This document shows, piece by piece, positions 44,834-53,117 of a stretch of 64,000 bases of DNA. The translations under genes and the position numbers were made by a program. Numbering within the stretch: the first letter of the stretch is position 1; the number at the start of each line of letters is the position of its first letter. The notes beneath the pieces were generated by a model that was given only the letters and a program-made list of their open reading frames with translations, had not been told where the DNA came from and ran no database searches. This stretch comes from a virus (Duplodnaviria; Caudoviricetes), in the IMG/VR virus record IMGVR_UViG_2788500220_000014, positions 1 through 64,000 of that record; one strand, written 5' to 3'.

Positions 44834-45547
44834 TCAATCTTCTATTGCATGTATACCTTTATTTCTTTGATAAGCCTGGACAGTTGTAGGAAATAAGTCT
44901 GCCGCAATTTCTAGACATGCCATGGCGACCTGTTGGATCTCCCACTGTGCACCTTCATGTATGCGTAAATCGATGAACTTTAATAGATTACCAAGGTTCA
45001 CAGTGCCATAATATTGGGTGTACATATTTTGTGGTAATATCCCGCGTGCTTGCTCACGGCAAACACCCGCCTCGATCATTCTGTTAAATAAGTCAAGAGA
45101 CATCTGATGGTGCAATCCGACCATTTCATCACAATCACTACCGCAGGAAAGGATTGGATTAATTAGCCCTTCGGTATTGGATGCTTGCCGGTTTGACTTA
45201 TGCTGCGTCCTGAACTCTTTCGGTTCATAAAACTGAATATCGAAATCGGTATATCTCCTACTAATCTCGTTATAGCTCCATGTTCGATGCCTATGATGCT
45301 GGCTACGAATAAATAAAGGTACTACAAATCGAAATGTTATTGAGCAGTGTTCCAATGTACTAGTATGCTTGTGCCGAATTAAATAGCTTATCAGCTTAAT
45401 ATCTCGTTCATCCATATGCTTCTTTTGTTTTCCAAAAGAGACCCTAGCACTATTAACTACAGTAAGATCAGAACCCATATGTTGAACATATTCTACTGCT
45501 CCCACTCCATCATTGTATAGCCCTATAGATTTTGTATATTTCATCAT
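44834..45547 (-). CDS. thyX: Flavin-dependent thymidylate synthase ThyX
   Basis: NSARVSF, HTSTLEH, RHRTWSYNEISRRY ThyX motif, EQARGILP, AQWEI. Confidence 0.96.
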   Translation of the reverse strand: MMKYTKSIGLYNDGVGAVEYVQHMGSDLTVVNSARVSFGKQKKHMDERDIKLISYLIRHKHTSTLEHCSITFRFVVPLFIRSQHHRHRTWSYNEISRRYTDFDIQFYEPKEFRTQHKSNRQASNTEGLINPILSCGSDCDEMVGLHHQMSLDLFNRMIEAGVCREQARGILPQNMYTQYYGTVNLGNLLKFIDLRIHEGAQWEIQQVAMACLEIAADLFPTTVQAYQRNKGIHAIED

Positions 45548-45567
45548 GATATCCTATATTAAAGTCC

Positions 45568-46080
45568 CTAATCATTGCAATTATCTTTAATTGCCTTGTC
45601 AACCGGCTTAGTGTCTAACTCTCCCCATCTTTTAGATTGAATTTCTTGATATTTTTTTAAGCACCCATTACATAACGTCCGGATCCATCCTTTGGTATTT
45701 TGTTTTCCCGGGGCTCCACATTCTTCGCATGTATAGTCAGACATTGCTTCTGCCATGGCAATCATTCCGCTGGTCCTATCATCACCACCGTGATAATAAA
45801 ATCGAAGTCCTCCATACTTTTCTTTAACCTGAACTGCTTCTACCTGAGGTATGGGCTCACGGTTGCATTTAAACTTCTGCTTTTGATCTTCATATTTTCC
45901 GGTACAATTATTCCAATCAATATGTTGTTGGATATTCGTACAAAGGACATTTAAAATGTTATACCACCCATCACCTGTCTCGATGCCCCAACACATTGCT
46001 GTCTCTTGCATAGAAAGATCTTTTTGCCGAAATATCTTTGGATATTTTTCAAATAATTTATCTTGTAACTCTTGTTTCAT
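45568..46080 (-). CDS. Conserved phage-type hypothetical protein with C-terminal Zn finger
   Basis: QVKEKYGGLRFY, CEECG...TLC.GC. Confidence 0.75.
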   Translation of the reverse strand: MKQELQDKLFEKYPKIFRQKDLSMQETAMCWGIETGDGWYNILNVLCTNIQQHIDWNNCTGKYEDQKQKFKCNREPIPQVEAVQVKEKYGGLRFYYHGGDDRTSGMIAMAEAMSDYTCEECGAPGKQNTKGWIRTLCNGCLKKYQEIQSKRWGELDTKPVDKAIKDNCND

Positions 46081-46315
46081 ATTTTTCCCTCACTAGTTTA
46101 AGTTTTGCTTGGGCCAATATGGCATAACGTGCAATAACCTCATGAGATTGAACCTCACCATAATAATTTCTAATATAGTTGCATAAAAACCCTATATCGA
46201 CCTCATACTCTTCAATTTGTTGCATGAATTGGTCGTTATGTGTATCCATGAAACTATCATAAATAATATCACATTTAGTCCTGTATTTTTGCGCTGCTTC
46301 TAACGGAGTCTTCAT
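46058..46315 (-). CDS. Hypothetical protein (MKTPLEAAQKY...)
   Basis: GAGGTG RBS before the internal ATG. Confidence 0.55.
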   Translation of the reverse strand: MKTPLEAAQKYRTKCDIIYDSFMDTHNDQFMQQIEEYEVDIGFLCNYIRNYYGEVQSHEVIARYAILAQAKLKLVREKYETRVTR

Positions 46316-46529
46316 AAGCCACCTCTCTTTCACATTCCATCCAGGCATCATAAACATCCTCGAAATAATCAAGTTCTATAATCGAATGTATCGAAATAAT
46401 ACCATTTGACCATGCAACTAAAAAAGTAGTATCACCTAAACTATTACCATCATCCCTAGATACAATTATCCCAGGAATAGAATGATCGTTAAATGAATAT
46501 CCTCGGACCACCATGTCACCTGACTTCAT
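46275..46529 (-). CDS. Small SH3-like protein (MKSGDMVVR...PGIIV...VAWSNG)
   Basis: Tandem paralog of 46516-46752. Confidence 0.75.
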   Translation of the reverse strand: MKSGDMVVRGYSFNDHSIPGIIVSRDDGNSLGDTTFLVAWSNGIISIHSIIELDYFEDVYDAWMECEREVAYEDSVRSSAKIQD

Positions 46530-46752
46530 TTAAGTCCTCAAGCTGATAGGTTAATGCTTCTTCTAAATAGTCTAATTCTACATCCATTTCACGAGATGTG
46601 TTACCATCAGACCATGCTACAATAAAATTATGATCCGTATGTGCTACAAAGTCATCTCCATCTGGGTGATGTACCAACTCTTCATCAACAATAATGCCAG
46701 GAACAAATGCGCGCCATGCATATGCGCGTACTACCATATCACCTATTTTCAC
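46516..46752 (-). CDS. Small SH3-like protein (MKIGDMVVR...PGIIV...VAWSDG)
   Basis: GTG start at 46752 overlapping the ENR* end of the upstream gene. Confidence 0.7.
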   Translation of the reverse strand: MKIGDMVVRAYAWRAFVPGIIVDEELVHHPDGDDFVAHTDHNFIVAWSDGNTSREMDVELDYLEEALTYQLEDLNEVR

Positions 46753-46999
46753 AGACACACTCCTTAATGCCGATGACAATCGATTCTTCAATGCACTTAG
46801 GGCACCTGATATATTCTACACCCTTATCTTTATCATTCATTTGCCAGTATAGTGCCCACTCTTCTCCGAATGTCCGAATGAAGCTCCACGGACCAACAAA
46901 CCAATCAATACAACACTCAGGGATACCAGAATGCCTTCCACACTTAACATGATAATTCATTTTAAAATAATCCGTAAGTCCCGCCGGCGGGCAACACAA
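46739..46999 (-). CDS. Small Cys-rich protein (GIPECC...RCPKC); start probably internal
   Basis: Cys motifs. Confidence 0.6.
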   Translation of the reverse strand: MCCPPAGLTDYFKMNYHVKCGRHSGIPECCIDWFVGPWSFIRTFGEEWALYWQMNDKDKGVEYIRCPKCIEESIVIGIKECVCENR

Positions 47000-47166
47000 A
47001 GATCACCGACGGGGTCTAGGTATATAACTGCCGGCTCACGCTTATTCGGTTTGAAAGCCTCTTCTGTAATCATTATAACAATTCCCGTCTTTCCCCACTC
47101 CCCATCTCGCACCATCGGATCGGTTGGGAGCCTATCCCTATACTTAACCAAATCACCTACCTTCAT
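46957..47166 (-). CDS. Small SH3-like protein (MKVGDLVKY)
   Basis: Family motif. Confidence 0.75.
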   Translation of the reverse strand: MKVGDLVKYRDRLPTDPMVRDGEWGKTGIVIMITEEAFKPNKREPAVIYLDPVGDLCVARRRDLRIILK

Positions 47167-47452
47167 AAATTAATTGAACCTTTTTTTGTTTGGTAAGCTT
47201 CTTAAAATAACTCTCTGCCTTTTGGGCGCTAGATCGATCTTCACATTCTTCCCAATACACTAATGAGACCGGACGTCGGGAACGTGTATATTTTGCACCC
47301 CGGGAACCTTCATTATGTTCTAGAACCCTACGCGGTATATCTGTTGTAACACCGGTATATAACGTATTATCACTACACTCTACAATATAAACAAACCACT
47401 TTTTTTTAGTCATCATCAACCAGCTCAAGCTCATCCTTATACAGGTGCTCAA
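47153..47452 (-). CDS. GIY-YIG nuclease (YhbQ/UPF0213-like); start probably internal
   Basis: WFVYIVECSDNTLYTGVT, RRVLEHN, GAKYTRSRRPV. Confidence 0.9.
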   Translation of the reverse strand: MSTCIRMSLSWLMMTKKKWFVYIVECSDNTLYTGVTTDIPRRVLEHNEGSRGAKYTRSRRPVSLVYWEECEDRSSAQKAESYFKKLTKQKKVQLIYEGR

Positions 47453-47594
47453 ATTCGCCTGTTGGCCAAAATATTAATCCGGCTGGAGGTAACGTCAGAT
47501 CATTTACCTCAACAACAATCCCGACAGTCCTACCAAGCACATCAGTATATTCTTGTATACTTTGATTGACCCTGACAAGATCTCCGACTTTCAT
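47406..47594 (-). CDS. Small SH3-like protein (MKVGDLVRV)
   Basis: ATGA overlap; family motif. Confidence 0.75.
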   Translation of the reverse strand: MKVGDLVRVNQSIQEYTDVLGRTVGIVVEVNDLTLPPAGLIFWPTGEFEHLYKDELELVDDD

Positions 47595-47791
47595 AGTTCG
47601 CATATTAACTCAACATGATCTTTAAGAAATGAAAAAGTTTTTTTATGTTGGGACGGAAAAATAACCTTGATTGCGCCCTCAAATTCTTCGATTATTAAGC
47701 CCAATTCGTCAACCGGTGCATTTCTTTGAGCTGCCCTACGTTTTGATGCAAAAGTAACCCACTTAAGTTTAACAAGATCTCCGACTTTCAT
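47591..47791 (-). CDS. Small SH3-like protein (MKVGDLVKL)
   Basis: Family motif. Confidence 0.75.
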   Translation of the reverse strand: MKVGDLVKLKWVTFASKRRAAQRNAPVDELGLIIEEFEGAIKVIFPSQHKKTFSFLKDHVELICEL

Positions 47792-48123
47792 TAATGATTC
47801 CGTTTACCGTCAAATACACATACAAATGTTAAATCCTCACATGAACTATCATTAAATACCTTATGAAATGCGCCATCCGGAATTAAGACTACATCACCTG
47901 GTCGGACGGGAAAGGTCTCATCAGCCACCATCATCACTCCTCGACCATGGACAAATTGGTATACCTCTTCCTGGCCGGGATGCGTGTGGCCTGTTGTCTC
48001 CTTATTTGGGTGCAAAATTGTCTTAGATACCACCAGGCCCTGCAGTGATGTATTATCAATCACAATATACGTGCCATTGTTCTTTACGATCTTACCGCTA
48101 ATATCGTCGGTATTAACTTTCAT
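47791..48123 (-). CDS. Cupin domain protein
   Basis: HTHPGQEEVY...G.G...PGDVVLIPDGAFH cupin motifs. Confidence 0.9.
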   Translation of the reverse strand: MKVNTDDISGKIVKNNGTYIVIDNTSLQGLVVSKTILHPNKETTGHTHPGQEEVYQFVHGRGVMMVADETFPVRPGDVVLIPDGAFHKVFNDSSCEDLTFVCVFDGKRNH

Positions 48124-48347
48124 TTCCTCTCCTTGAATGGTGCACAATTTACCTTAAGGGTATCATTATCTTTTATGAACTGAATCCTATCACCTTCTTT
48201 GATTGTACATGGAATCATAGAACGAGGGATATGCATATACTCTAGCTTATTATCAGACATCTCAAACTCAACCAATACAGCGTTTCCGTGAATTTGGTCA
48301 ATTACACCAAAGAAACAAAATGCCAATAGTAGACTAAGCGTTTTCAT
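48120..48347 (-). CDS. Small OB-fold-like protein (DUF3006-like)
   Basis: VIDQI.G..VLVE...IP...KEGD. Confidence 0.55.
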   Translation of the reverse strand: MKTLSLLLAFCFFGVIDQIHGNAVLVEFEMSDNKLEYMHIPRSMIPCTIKEGDRIQFIKDNDTLKVNCAPFKERK

Positions 48348-48613
48348 TGTTGTACCGACTCAACTGATGTGTGAAATCCCTCGATGTCCCAAACCTGATC
48401 AGCTGCCTCTAAGGCATCATCCATGGTATCGAACTTTAAGGCCTTATTATTACCCCACCCTTCGACTACTTCAACCTTACCTGGTGGCCAGGCACGATTC
48501 CAGTTAGGATCAATATCTGATACGAACTCATTAGTTCCGCCAATTCGAATTGTAAAAGGCCCTTTTTCACGATCATCTTCGAAAAATGTTACTCCGGGAT
48601 GTAAACTACTCAT
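48344..48613 (-). CDS. Hypothetical protein
   Basis: Coupled ORF. Confidence 0.65.
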   Translation of the reverse strand: MSSLHPGVTFFEDDREKGPFTIRIGGTNEFVSDIDPNWNRAWPPGKVEVVEGWGNNKALKFDTMDDALEAADQVWDIEGFHTSVESVQQ

Positions 48614-48782
48614 TAATTACCTCAAATTCAGATTTATCTAAAAACCATATACCATTCTCAAATGAAACAGCCCAAACAGATCCTTCTCCAGGATCTTCAT
48701 ATAAAAGTACTCCGCACCAGGTTAATTGTACATCAACCTTCTCTATTAAATTAGTTAATCTAACTAAATCGCCTGACTTCAT
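48606..48782 (-). CDS. 58-aa SH3-like protein (MKSGDLVRL...FEVINE)
   Basis: Hand-translated; below the ORF-track cutoff. Confidence 0.7.
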   Translation of the reverse strand: MKSGDLVRLTNLIEKVDVQLTWCGVLLYEDPGEGSVWAVSFENGIWFLDKSEFEVINE

Positions 48783-48969
48783 TTACTAACCTCACACGTC
48801 TCTGGAGAATCCAGCCGATTCCTACATCCCATAATACCTCAACGATTAATTCATTTGATAAACCAGTATTTCGAGACCTATAAACATCGGTGTTTGTTAT
48901 TATACCTACAGTTCTTCCTTGTGACTCGTCCGGATGGTCATTATATTCAACCAGGTCACCAATCTTCAT
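48760..48969 (-). CDS. Small SH3-like protein (MKIGDLVEY)
   Basis: Family motif. Confidence 0.75.
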   Translation of the reverse strand: MKIGDLVEYNDHPDESQGRTVGIITNTDVYRSRNTGLSNELIVEVLWDVGIGWILQRRVRLVNEVRRFS

Positions 48970-49178
48970 TACACAGTCTCCATATCATCAACAGGAAATC
49001 TATACGCTCCAGATTCCGAAATGCATTCAACAACTGGGTCAATTCTAAATTGATGTGTATGAGATATAACATCAGTTACAAGCATGATCTCATCGAATAG
49101 CCAGCAATCATATACAGCTTCATGAGGCTCTTCACCTCTAAGCTCCTTTCGAATTCGAACCAAGTCACCGACTCTCAT
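48969..49178 (-). CDS. Small SH3-like protein (MRVGDLVRI)
   Basis: Family motif. Confidence 0.75.
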   Translation of the reverse strand: MRVGDLVRIRKELRGEEPHEAVYDCWLFDEIMLVTDVISHTHQFRIDPVVECISESGAYRFPVDDMETV

Positions 49179-49380
49179 GAATTTCCCTTAGTTGCCAATC
49201 ATAAAAGTCCATCTCCTCGCCCGTGGAGGGGATTAATACGTTAACTACCAATGTGACGTCTTCCTCATCATTGTCGGCGCGCCAGGCAAGCTTAGAATTA
49301 AGAACGATACCGAACCTACCACGGTTACATTCACCTGCTGCTGCATGATCTTCAATTTGCACTAACGCGCCAATGGTCAT
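49165..49380 (-). CDS. Small SH3-like protein (MTIGALVQI)
   Basis: Family motif; ends IHESR. Confidence 0.7.
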   Translation of the reverse strand: MTIGALVQIEDHAAAGECNRGRFGIVLNSKLAWRADNDEEDVTLVVNVLIPSTGEEMDFYDWQLREIHESR

Positions 49381-49384
49381 ATTA

Positions 49385-49576
49385 TCATCCATTCTTTTGA
49401 AGTGGTACCACAGTATAATGTGCACATCGACGTAGCGCACCATGCAGAAGGACAATATAATCAATTGACATCATCGACCCACCCCGCCTAGATTGTTGAT
49501 CAATCTTTGTTATAATGCCGATCAACTCTTCAGGAGATTGTGGATCATCGACTTGTACCAGGTCACCGACGTTCAT
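49385..49576 (-). CDS. Small SH3-like protein (MNVGDLVQV)
   Basis: Family motif. Confidence 0.7.
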   Translation of the reverse strand: MNVGDLVQVDDPQSPEELIGIITKIDQQSRRGGSMMSIDYIVLLHGALRRCAHYTVVPLQKNG

Positions 49577-49778
49577 TCATTTCTCCAACGCAATAATTGT
49601 AACCATCTTCTGACATATCTCTAATCTCTTCCATACAATCCATAATAGAGTACATACGGTCGGTATTTGGGACTACCCATGCAAAATACCACATCATACA
49701 TAGCATCATAATTGCTGCAACAAAAATAATATTTGAGATAATTTCTTTACTCATTAATCGACCCCACGTTACACTCAC
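49563..49778 (-). CDS. Single-TM small protein
   Basis: Hydrophobic helix IIFVAAIMMLCMMWYFAWVV. Confidence 0.6.
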   Translation of the reverse strand: MSVTWGRLMSKEIISNIIFVAAIMMLCMMWYFAWVVPNTDRMYSIMDCMEEIRDMSEDGYNYCVGEMNERR

Positions 49779-49929
49779 TAATTAATACTAAAGTTTTAAG
49801 ATCACACCATTTGTCACATTCGACCCAACCCTGAAATGCTACCCACGCGTACCCTTCATCTATAGATGTTATTAGACCGAGCCCTAAATGCTTATGAATA
49901 ACATGCTTTACCAGGTCGCCGGCTTTCAT
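49747..49929 (-). CDS. Small SH3-like protein (MKAGDLVKH...LGLGLI)
   Basis: Family motif. Confidence 0.7.
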   Translation of the reverse strand: MKAGDLVKHVIHKHLGLGLITSIDEGYAWVAFQGWVECDKWCDLKTLVLISECNVGSINE

Positions 49930-50390
49930 GAAGTACCCTGCACATCTTTAGGCATATGACGAAAAACAAAATATGGGTAATAGTCATCCATATTGTCAGT
50001 TCCAAACTCAAGCCAGATATGGCCATCATTTACATCAACTAACCGATACCCTTGGCATGCTTCTGAGCCCCAGCTATCTCCCCTTTTTTCTCCATCATAC
50101 ACTTCAATACGAACTTTACCAAGTGATGTACGAAAGAAAATAGAGTTTGACTGGCTGCCGTACTCAATCACTCCGAGATGTGATCGGTAACCATCATCCG
50201 GATCTTCAAGCACCTTGAAAATAATATCGTCAAGCTTAAACTCATGTGCAGCATCGTCAGCACCGAAGTATTCAAGTTCCATACCTTCAAGGGCTGAGAA
50301 ATGCGCAAATACTTGCTTCCAATATGGGCGGTGGCGCTCATTCTCGTCCCAATCCTCATTGGCGCTATGTGAGAAATAATCTGGTATCAT
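49926..50390 (-). CDS. Hypothetical protein
   Basis: EDPDDGYRS and FGTDNMDDYYP motifs; coupled. Confidence 0.75.
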   Translation of the reverse strand: MIPDYFSHSANEDWDENERHRPYWKQVFAHFSALEGMELEYFGADDAAHEFKLDDIIFKVLEDPDDGYRSHLGVIEYGSQSNSIFFRTSLGKVRIEVYDGEKRGDSWGSEACQGYRLVDVNDGHIWLEFGTDNMDDYYPYFVFRHMPKDVQGTS

Positions 50391-50635
50391 AGTCGGCTCA
50401 TCCTAATTGCTTCTGAAATATTTCTTGTAAAGTCGCTGTTGAACTCGTCACACTCTGGGCGATCTGGGCGCCGGCCGTGGACCTTGAGTGCACTGGTTAC
50501 CTCATCATCCTTAATAGAAAAACTAATTGTCGTGCCATTTTCCCTAACATCGATCCATTGCTCATAACTAGCGCACTGTTCTTCCGGCAAGTATCCGTTT
50601 TTTAAAAGTTTATTTTGTAGAAGTTTAAGCTTCAT
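50387..50635 (-). CDS. Hypothetical protein (MKLKLLQNKL...)
   Basis: GAGGTG RBS before ATG 50635. Confidence 0.6.
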   Translation of the reverse strand: MKLKLLQNKLLKNGYLPEEQCASYEQWIDVRENGTTISFSIKDDEVTSALKVHGRRPDRPECDEFNSDFTRNISEAIRMSRL

Positions 50636-50840
50636 GAGCCACCTCAAATTTATCTGTAGCAAAGTCAGAAACCGTTGCCTTCCGACCATGGTATGGGATA
50701 GGCTGGACCCATTCTACACGAATGTGCTTAATACCATCCTTTGATATCGACGGACCGGCAATGATGATACCGAGCTGACCAAAAAACCATTTGGCGTATG
50801 TTCCATTATCTGTAAACATTACTACATCACCGATCTTCAC
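50625..50840 (-). CDS. Small SH3-like protein (MKIGDVVMF)
   Basis: Family motif. Confidence 0.75.
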   Translation of the reverse strand: MKIGDVVMFTDNGTYAKWFFGQLGIIIAGPSISKDGIKHIRVEWVQPIPYHGRKATVSDFATDKFEVAHEA

Positions 50841-50841
50841 T

Positions 50842-51135
50842 TTATTCCCCTACTAGTTCTTGTGCAATTTTTTCTGATAGCCATACATATGGATCACCAT
50901 CCCTTGCTTTTTGTGTACCATATGGCATTTCGTCACGATAATATTCTAGAAATATTTCATAAGGTGATATGGGCCAGCCGGTAACTGGATCTTTACGAGA
51001 AGTAGTAGCAAACCCTACATCATCGCCGTCAAGGACGAATGCCAACGTTGCAGCAATTTCTTGTGCATTTAGGCCGATTCCGTATTCATGAACAAGGCCG
51101 GTCAAAAAATGACCTGTATCTAAAACTTTACTCAC
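50842..51135 (-). CDS. Hypothetical protein
   Basis: EMPYGTQKARDGDPY motif; coupled. Confidence 0.7.
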   Translation of the reverse strand: MSKVLDTGHFLTGLVHEYGIGLNAQEIAATLAFVLDGDDVGFATTSRKDPVTGWPISPYEIFLEYYRDEMPYGTQKARDGDPYVWLSEKIAQELVGE

Positions 51136-51337
51136 TGATTACCTCAATCAAATCTTTTTGGATTGTACTAATTCGATCACCATTAGGTGCATTACGTTCG
51201 AACCACATAACCTCCGCACAAGTATATGCAGAGCCTACCGACCCATTTGATGCCTTTCTTTTAAAGGTGCGCATTCCCATAAAGAGACCCATCTCTTCAG
51301 GGTATTTTTTATTTTTTACCAAATCACCCGGCTTCAT
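51128..51337 (-). CDS. Small SH3-like protein (MKPGDLVKN)
   Basis: Start overlaps the NEAG* end of the upstream gene. Confidence 0.72.
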   Translation of the reverse strand: MKPGDLVKNKKYPEEMGLFMGMRTFKRKASNGSVGSAYTCAEVMWFERNAPNGDRISTIQKDLIEVISE

Positions 51338-51518
51338 TAATTGCCTCAACATCCTTTCGCATATTACGTCCAATAGCACCATCCAAAAAATTCCAGCTTA
51401 CATAAACCCAATTTGTTTCAAGTTTAGTAATAATACCAACAGCGCTAGGGTCATGACCCTCTGTAAATCTTACCAAGTCTCCAACTTTCAAAAGAAGCCG
51501 TTTACCATATGATTTCAT
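51324..51518 (-). CDS. Small SH3-like protein (LKVGDLVRF)
   Basis: Family motif. Confidence 0.7.
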   Translation of the reverse strand: MKSYGKRLLLKVGDLVRFTEGHDPSAVGIITKLETNWVYVSWNFLDGAIGRNMRKDVEAINEAG

Positions 51519-51751
51519 ACAATCACCTCAAAAGTACTTTGGCCATAATTGCCGCAGCGTACCGTTTCGCCATCGACGGAAAGCACAACGTCACAGTAAC
51601 CAGATAGAGGCGGATTATTAAGCCTATCCGGCCGGACATCAATTACCACCCCAACATGCCCAGGCTCGATGGGCTTCCACCCACGGCTCTCATTGACTAC
51701 TGGGTTTGTGCGTACGTACATAACATTTCTTACCATGTCACCGATTTTCAT
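51515..51751 (-). CDS. Small SH3-like protein (MKIGDMVRN)
   Basis: AAGGAG RBS; start overlaps the NENR* end of the upstream gene. Confidence 0.72.
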   Translation of the reverse strand: MKIGDMVRNVMYVRTNPVVNESRGWKPIEPGHVGVVIDVRPDRLNNPPLSGYCDVVLSVDGETVRCGNYGQSTFEVIV

Positions 51752-51941
51752 TTTTAATCTCCTTAAGGTCGCCAGTATCAGCGCCCATTGTTTCACCGTT
51801 ATCGTAAAGCACCAACCATTCCCATTCAAGAATATCTCCTGCAGCAAGAGAGCTGGTGCCTTTACCCACTTCAATATTGGGACCGTCGATTACAATACCA
51901 CTCCTACCGAGGGCATAATCAAAAATCAACTTACCAATCAT
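51738..51941 (-). CDS. Small SH3-like protein (MIGKLIFD...SGIVID)
   Basis: GGAG RBS before ATG 51941. Confidence 0.6.
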   Translation of the reverse strand: MIGKLIFDYALGRSGIVIDGPNIEVGKGTSSLAAGDILEWEWLVLYDNGETMGADTGDLKEIKNENR

Positions 51942-51942
51942 C

Positions 51943-52182
51943 TTATCTCCAAAGAGTGACGAGAGTTCCAAACTCCCGATCGAAAGTATAAAGTAGGCCC
52001 TCATAATCCGATAGCCTCATCTCGTCAAGAACACGTTCGGTATACATATCATCATATCCCAACTTCTTGCAGAGACTTGAGGCAAGGCCTAATAGATAAT
52101 ATGCATTACCCTTTGGGCCGGTAAGATCAACTTCAATCGGCGTTGGGCCCCGCGGACGATCTCTCAAAGATTTGATAGCCAT
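51943..52182 (-). CDS. Conserved phage-type hypothetical protein
   Basis: IEVDLTGPKGNAYYLLG motif. Confidence 0.7.
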   Translation of the reverse strand: MAIKSLRDRPRGPTPIEVDLTGPKGNAYYLLGLASSLCKKLGYDDMYTERVLDEMRLSDYEGLLYTFDREFGTLVTLWR

Positions 52183-52457
52183 TATACAACCTCCACATAA
52201 TTTGTGGTCTGGTCAGACCAGGTAGGTGTTCCGTTAACTGGAGGGGTAACAATACGGCCAACCCGGCGATCTTCTTCCTTACCTCCAAAAACATCACGAT
52301 CCACAAGGATACGATATCGTTGGCATCCCTCGATGTGATCGAAACCAATAACCTCACCCTCAACGTAACATGCTCGTTCTCCAGAAAGGTCGCGACCATA
52401 ACCATCATCCTGAGCAAAGTCGAACGAACGAACTCGATTTCCAATTTGAATGTCCAT
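52182..52457 (-). CDS. Small SH3-like protein (IQIGNRVRSFDF), first gene of the early operon
   Basis: AAGGAGG RBS directly after promoter 52483-52513. Confidence 0.78.
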   Translation of the reverse strand: MDIQIGNRVRSFDFAQDDGYGRDLSGERACYVEGEVIGFDHIEGCQRYRILVDRDVFGGKEEDRRVGRIVTPPVNGTPTWSDQTTNYVEVV

Positions 52458-52482
52458 AATGTTTCCTCCTTGGTATGGTTAT

Positions 52483-52513
52483 ATTATACAACAGGAGGCA
52501 CCAAATTGCACGA
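52483..52513 (-). promoter_or_regulatory. Early-type promoter heading the 52.4-44.8 kb small-gene operon
   Basis: GTGCAA tttggtgcctcctgttg TATAAT. Confidence 0.85.
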
Positions 52514-52652
52514 AAATGTCAGATTAAAAAGCCTATTGTTATTATATAGTTACGCCTAGGGTCCTCTAGAGACCATTTTATGACCTCCCAGGCACCTATT
52601 GGGGCTTATAAACAAACTAATATATGGTGTATAATTGCAAAAAGGAGTGTTT

Positions 52653-52973
52653 ATGGGACTAATTGATGTATTGGCGCAACTTATTCCGGGCCTTGGTACC
52701 AGAGAACGAGAAAGATCAAAATTAGCTAAAGAAAATTTAGCACTTTCAGAAAAACTACTGCATGCAGAACAAAAAAATGCCGCCATGCTTCAAAAGTTGT
52801 TTCATGGTCGGCAAACACTAGAACAAGAAATTAATGATATGTATAGAATGTATGATGAAGGAGTACTTGATCGAATGCAGGATCCTGTAAAAGGCCTTGT
52901 CTGTCTATACACTCATATGGTTTGTTCACATCTTGGTTTCGAAAATCCGATACCTATTGAGTTTGATGCCTGA
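52653..52973 (+). CDS. Hypothetical coiled-coil protein (MGLIDVLAQL...)
   Basis: AAGGAG RBS; TATAAT just upstream. Confidence 0.65.
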   Translation: MGLIDVLAQLIPGLGTRERERSKLAKENLALSEKLLHAEQKNAAMLQKLFHGRQTLEQEINDMYRMYDEGVLDRMQDPVKGLVCLYTHMVCSHLGFENPIPIEFDA

Positions 52974-53117
52974 TTCATTTAATAGCTTTGCACGGTATAT
53001 TGAAAACTGTTGGTACGATTGGCCTCCCTGGACTAGTTCAAGCTCTTCATCGCTTAGTTCTGTTACATCTTTAAGATCTTCTTGTGCGGCCTGAGGCTTA
53101 TTTGTTTTCATCTTCAT
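52926..53117 (-). CDS. Peptide with double-glycine (bacteriocin/RiPP-type) leader
   Basis: TELSDEELELVQGG followed by a 31-aa basic core. Confidence 0.6.
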   Translation of the reverse strand: MKMKTNKPQAAQEDLKDVTELSDEELELVQGGQSYQQFSIYRAKLLNESGIKLNRYRIFETKM

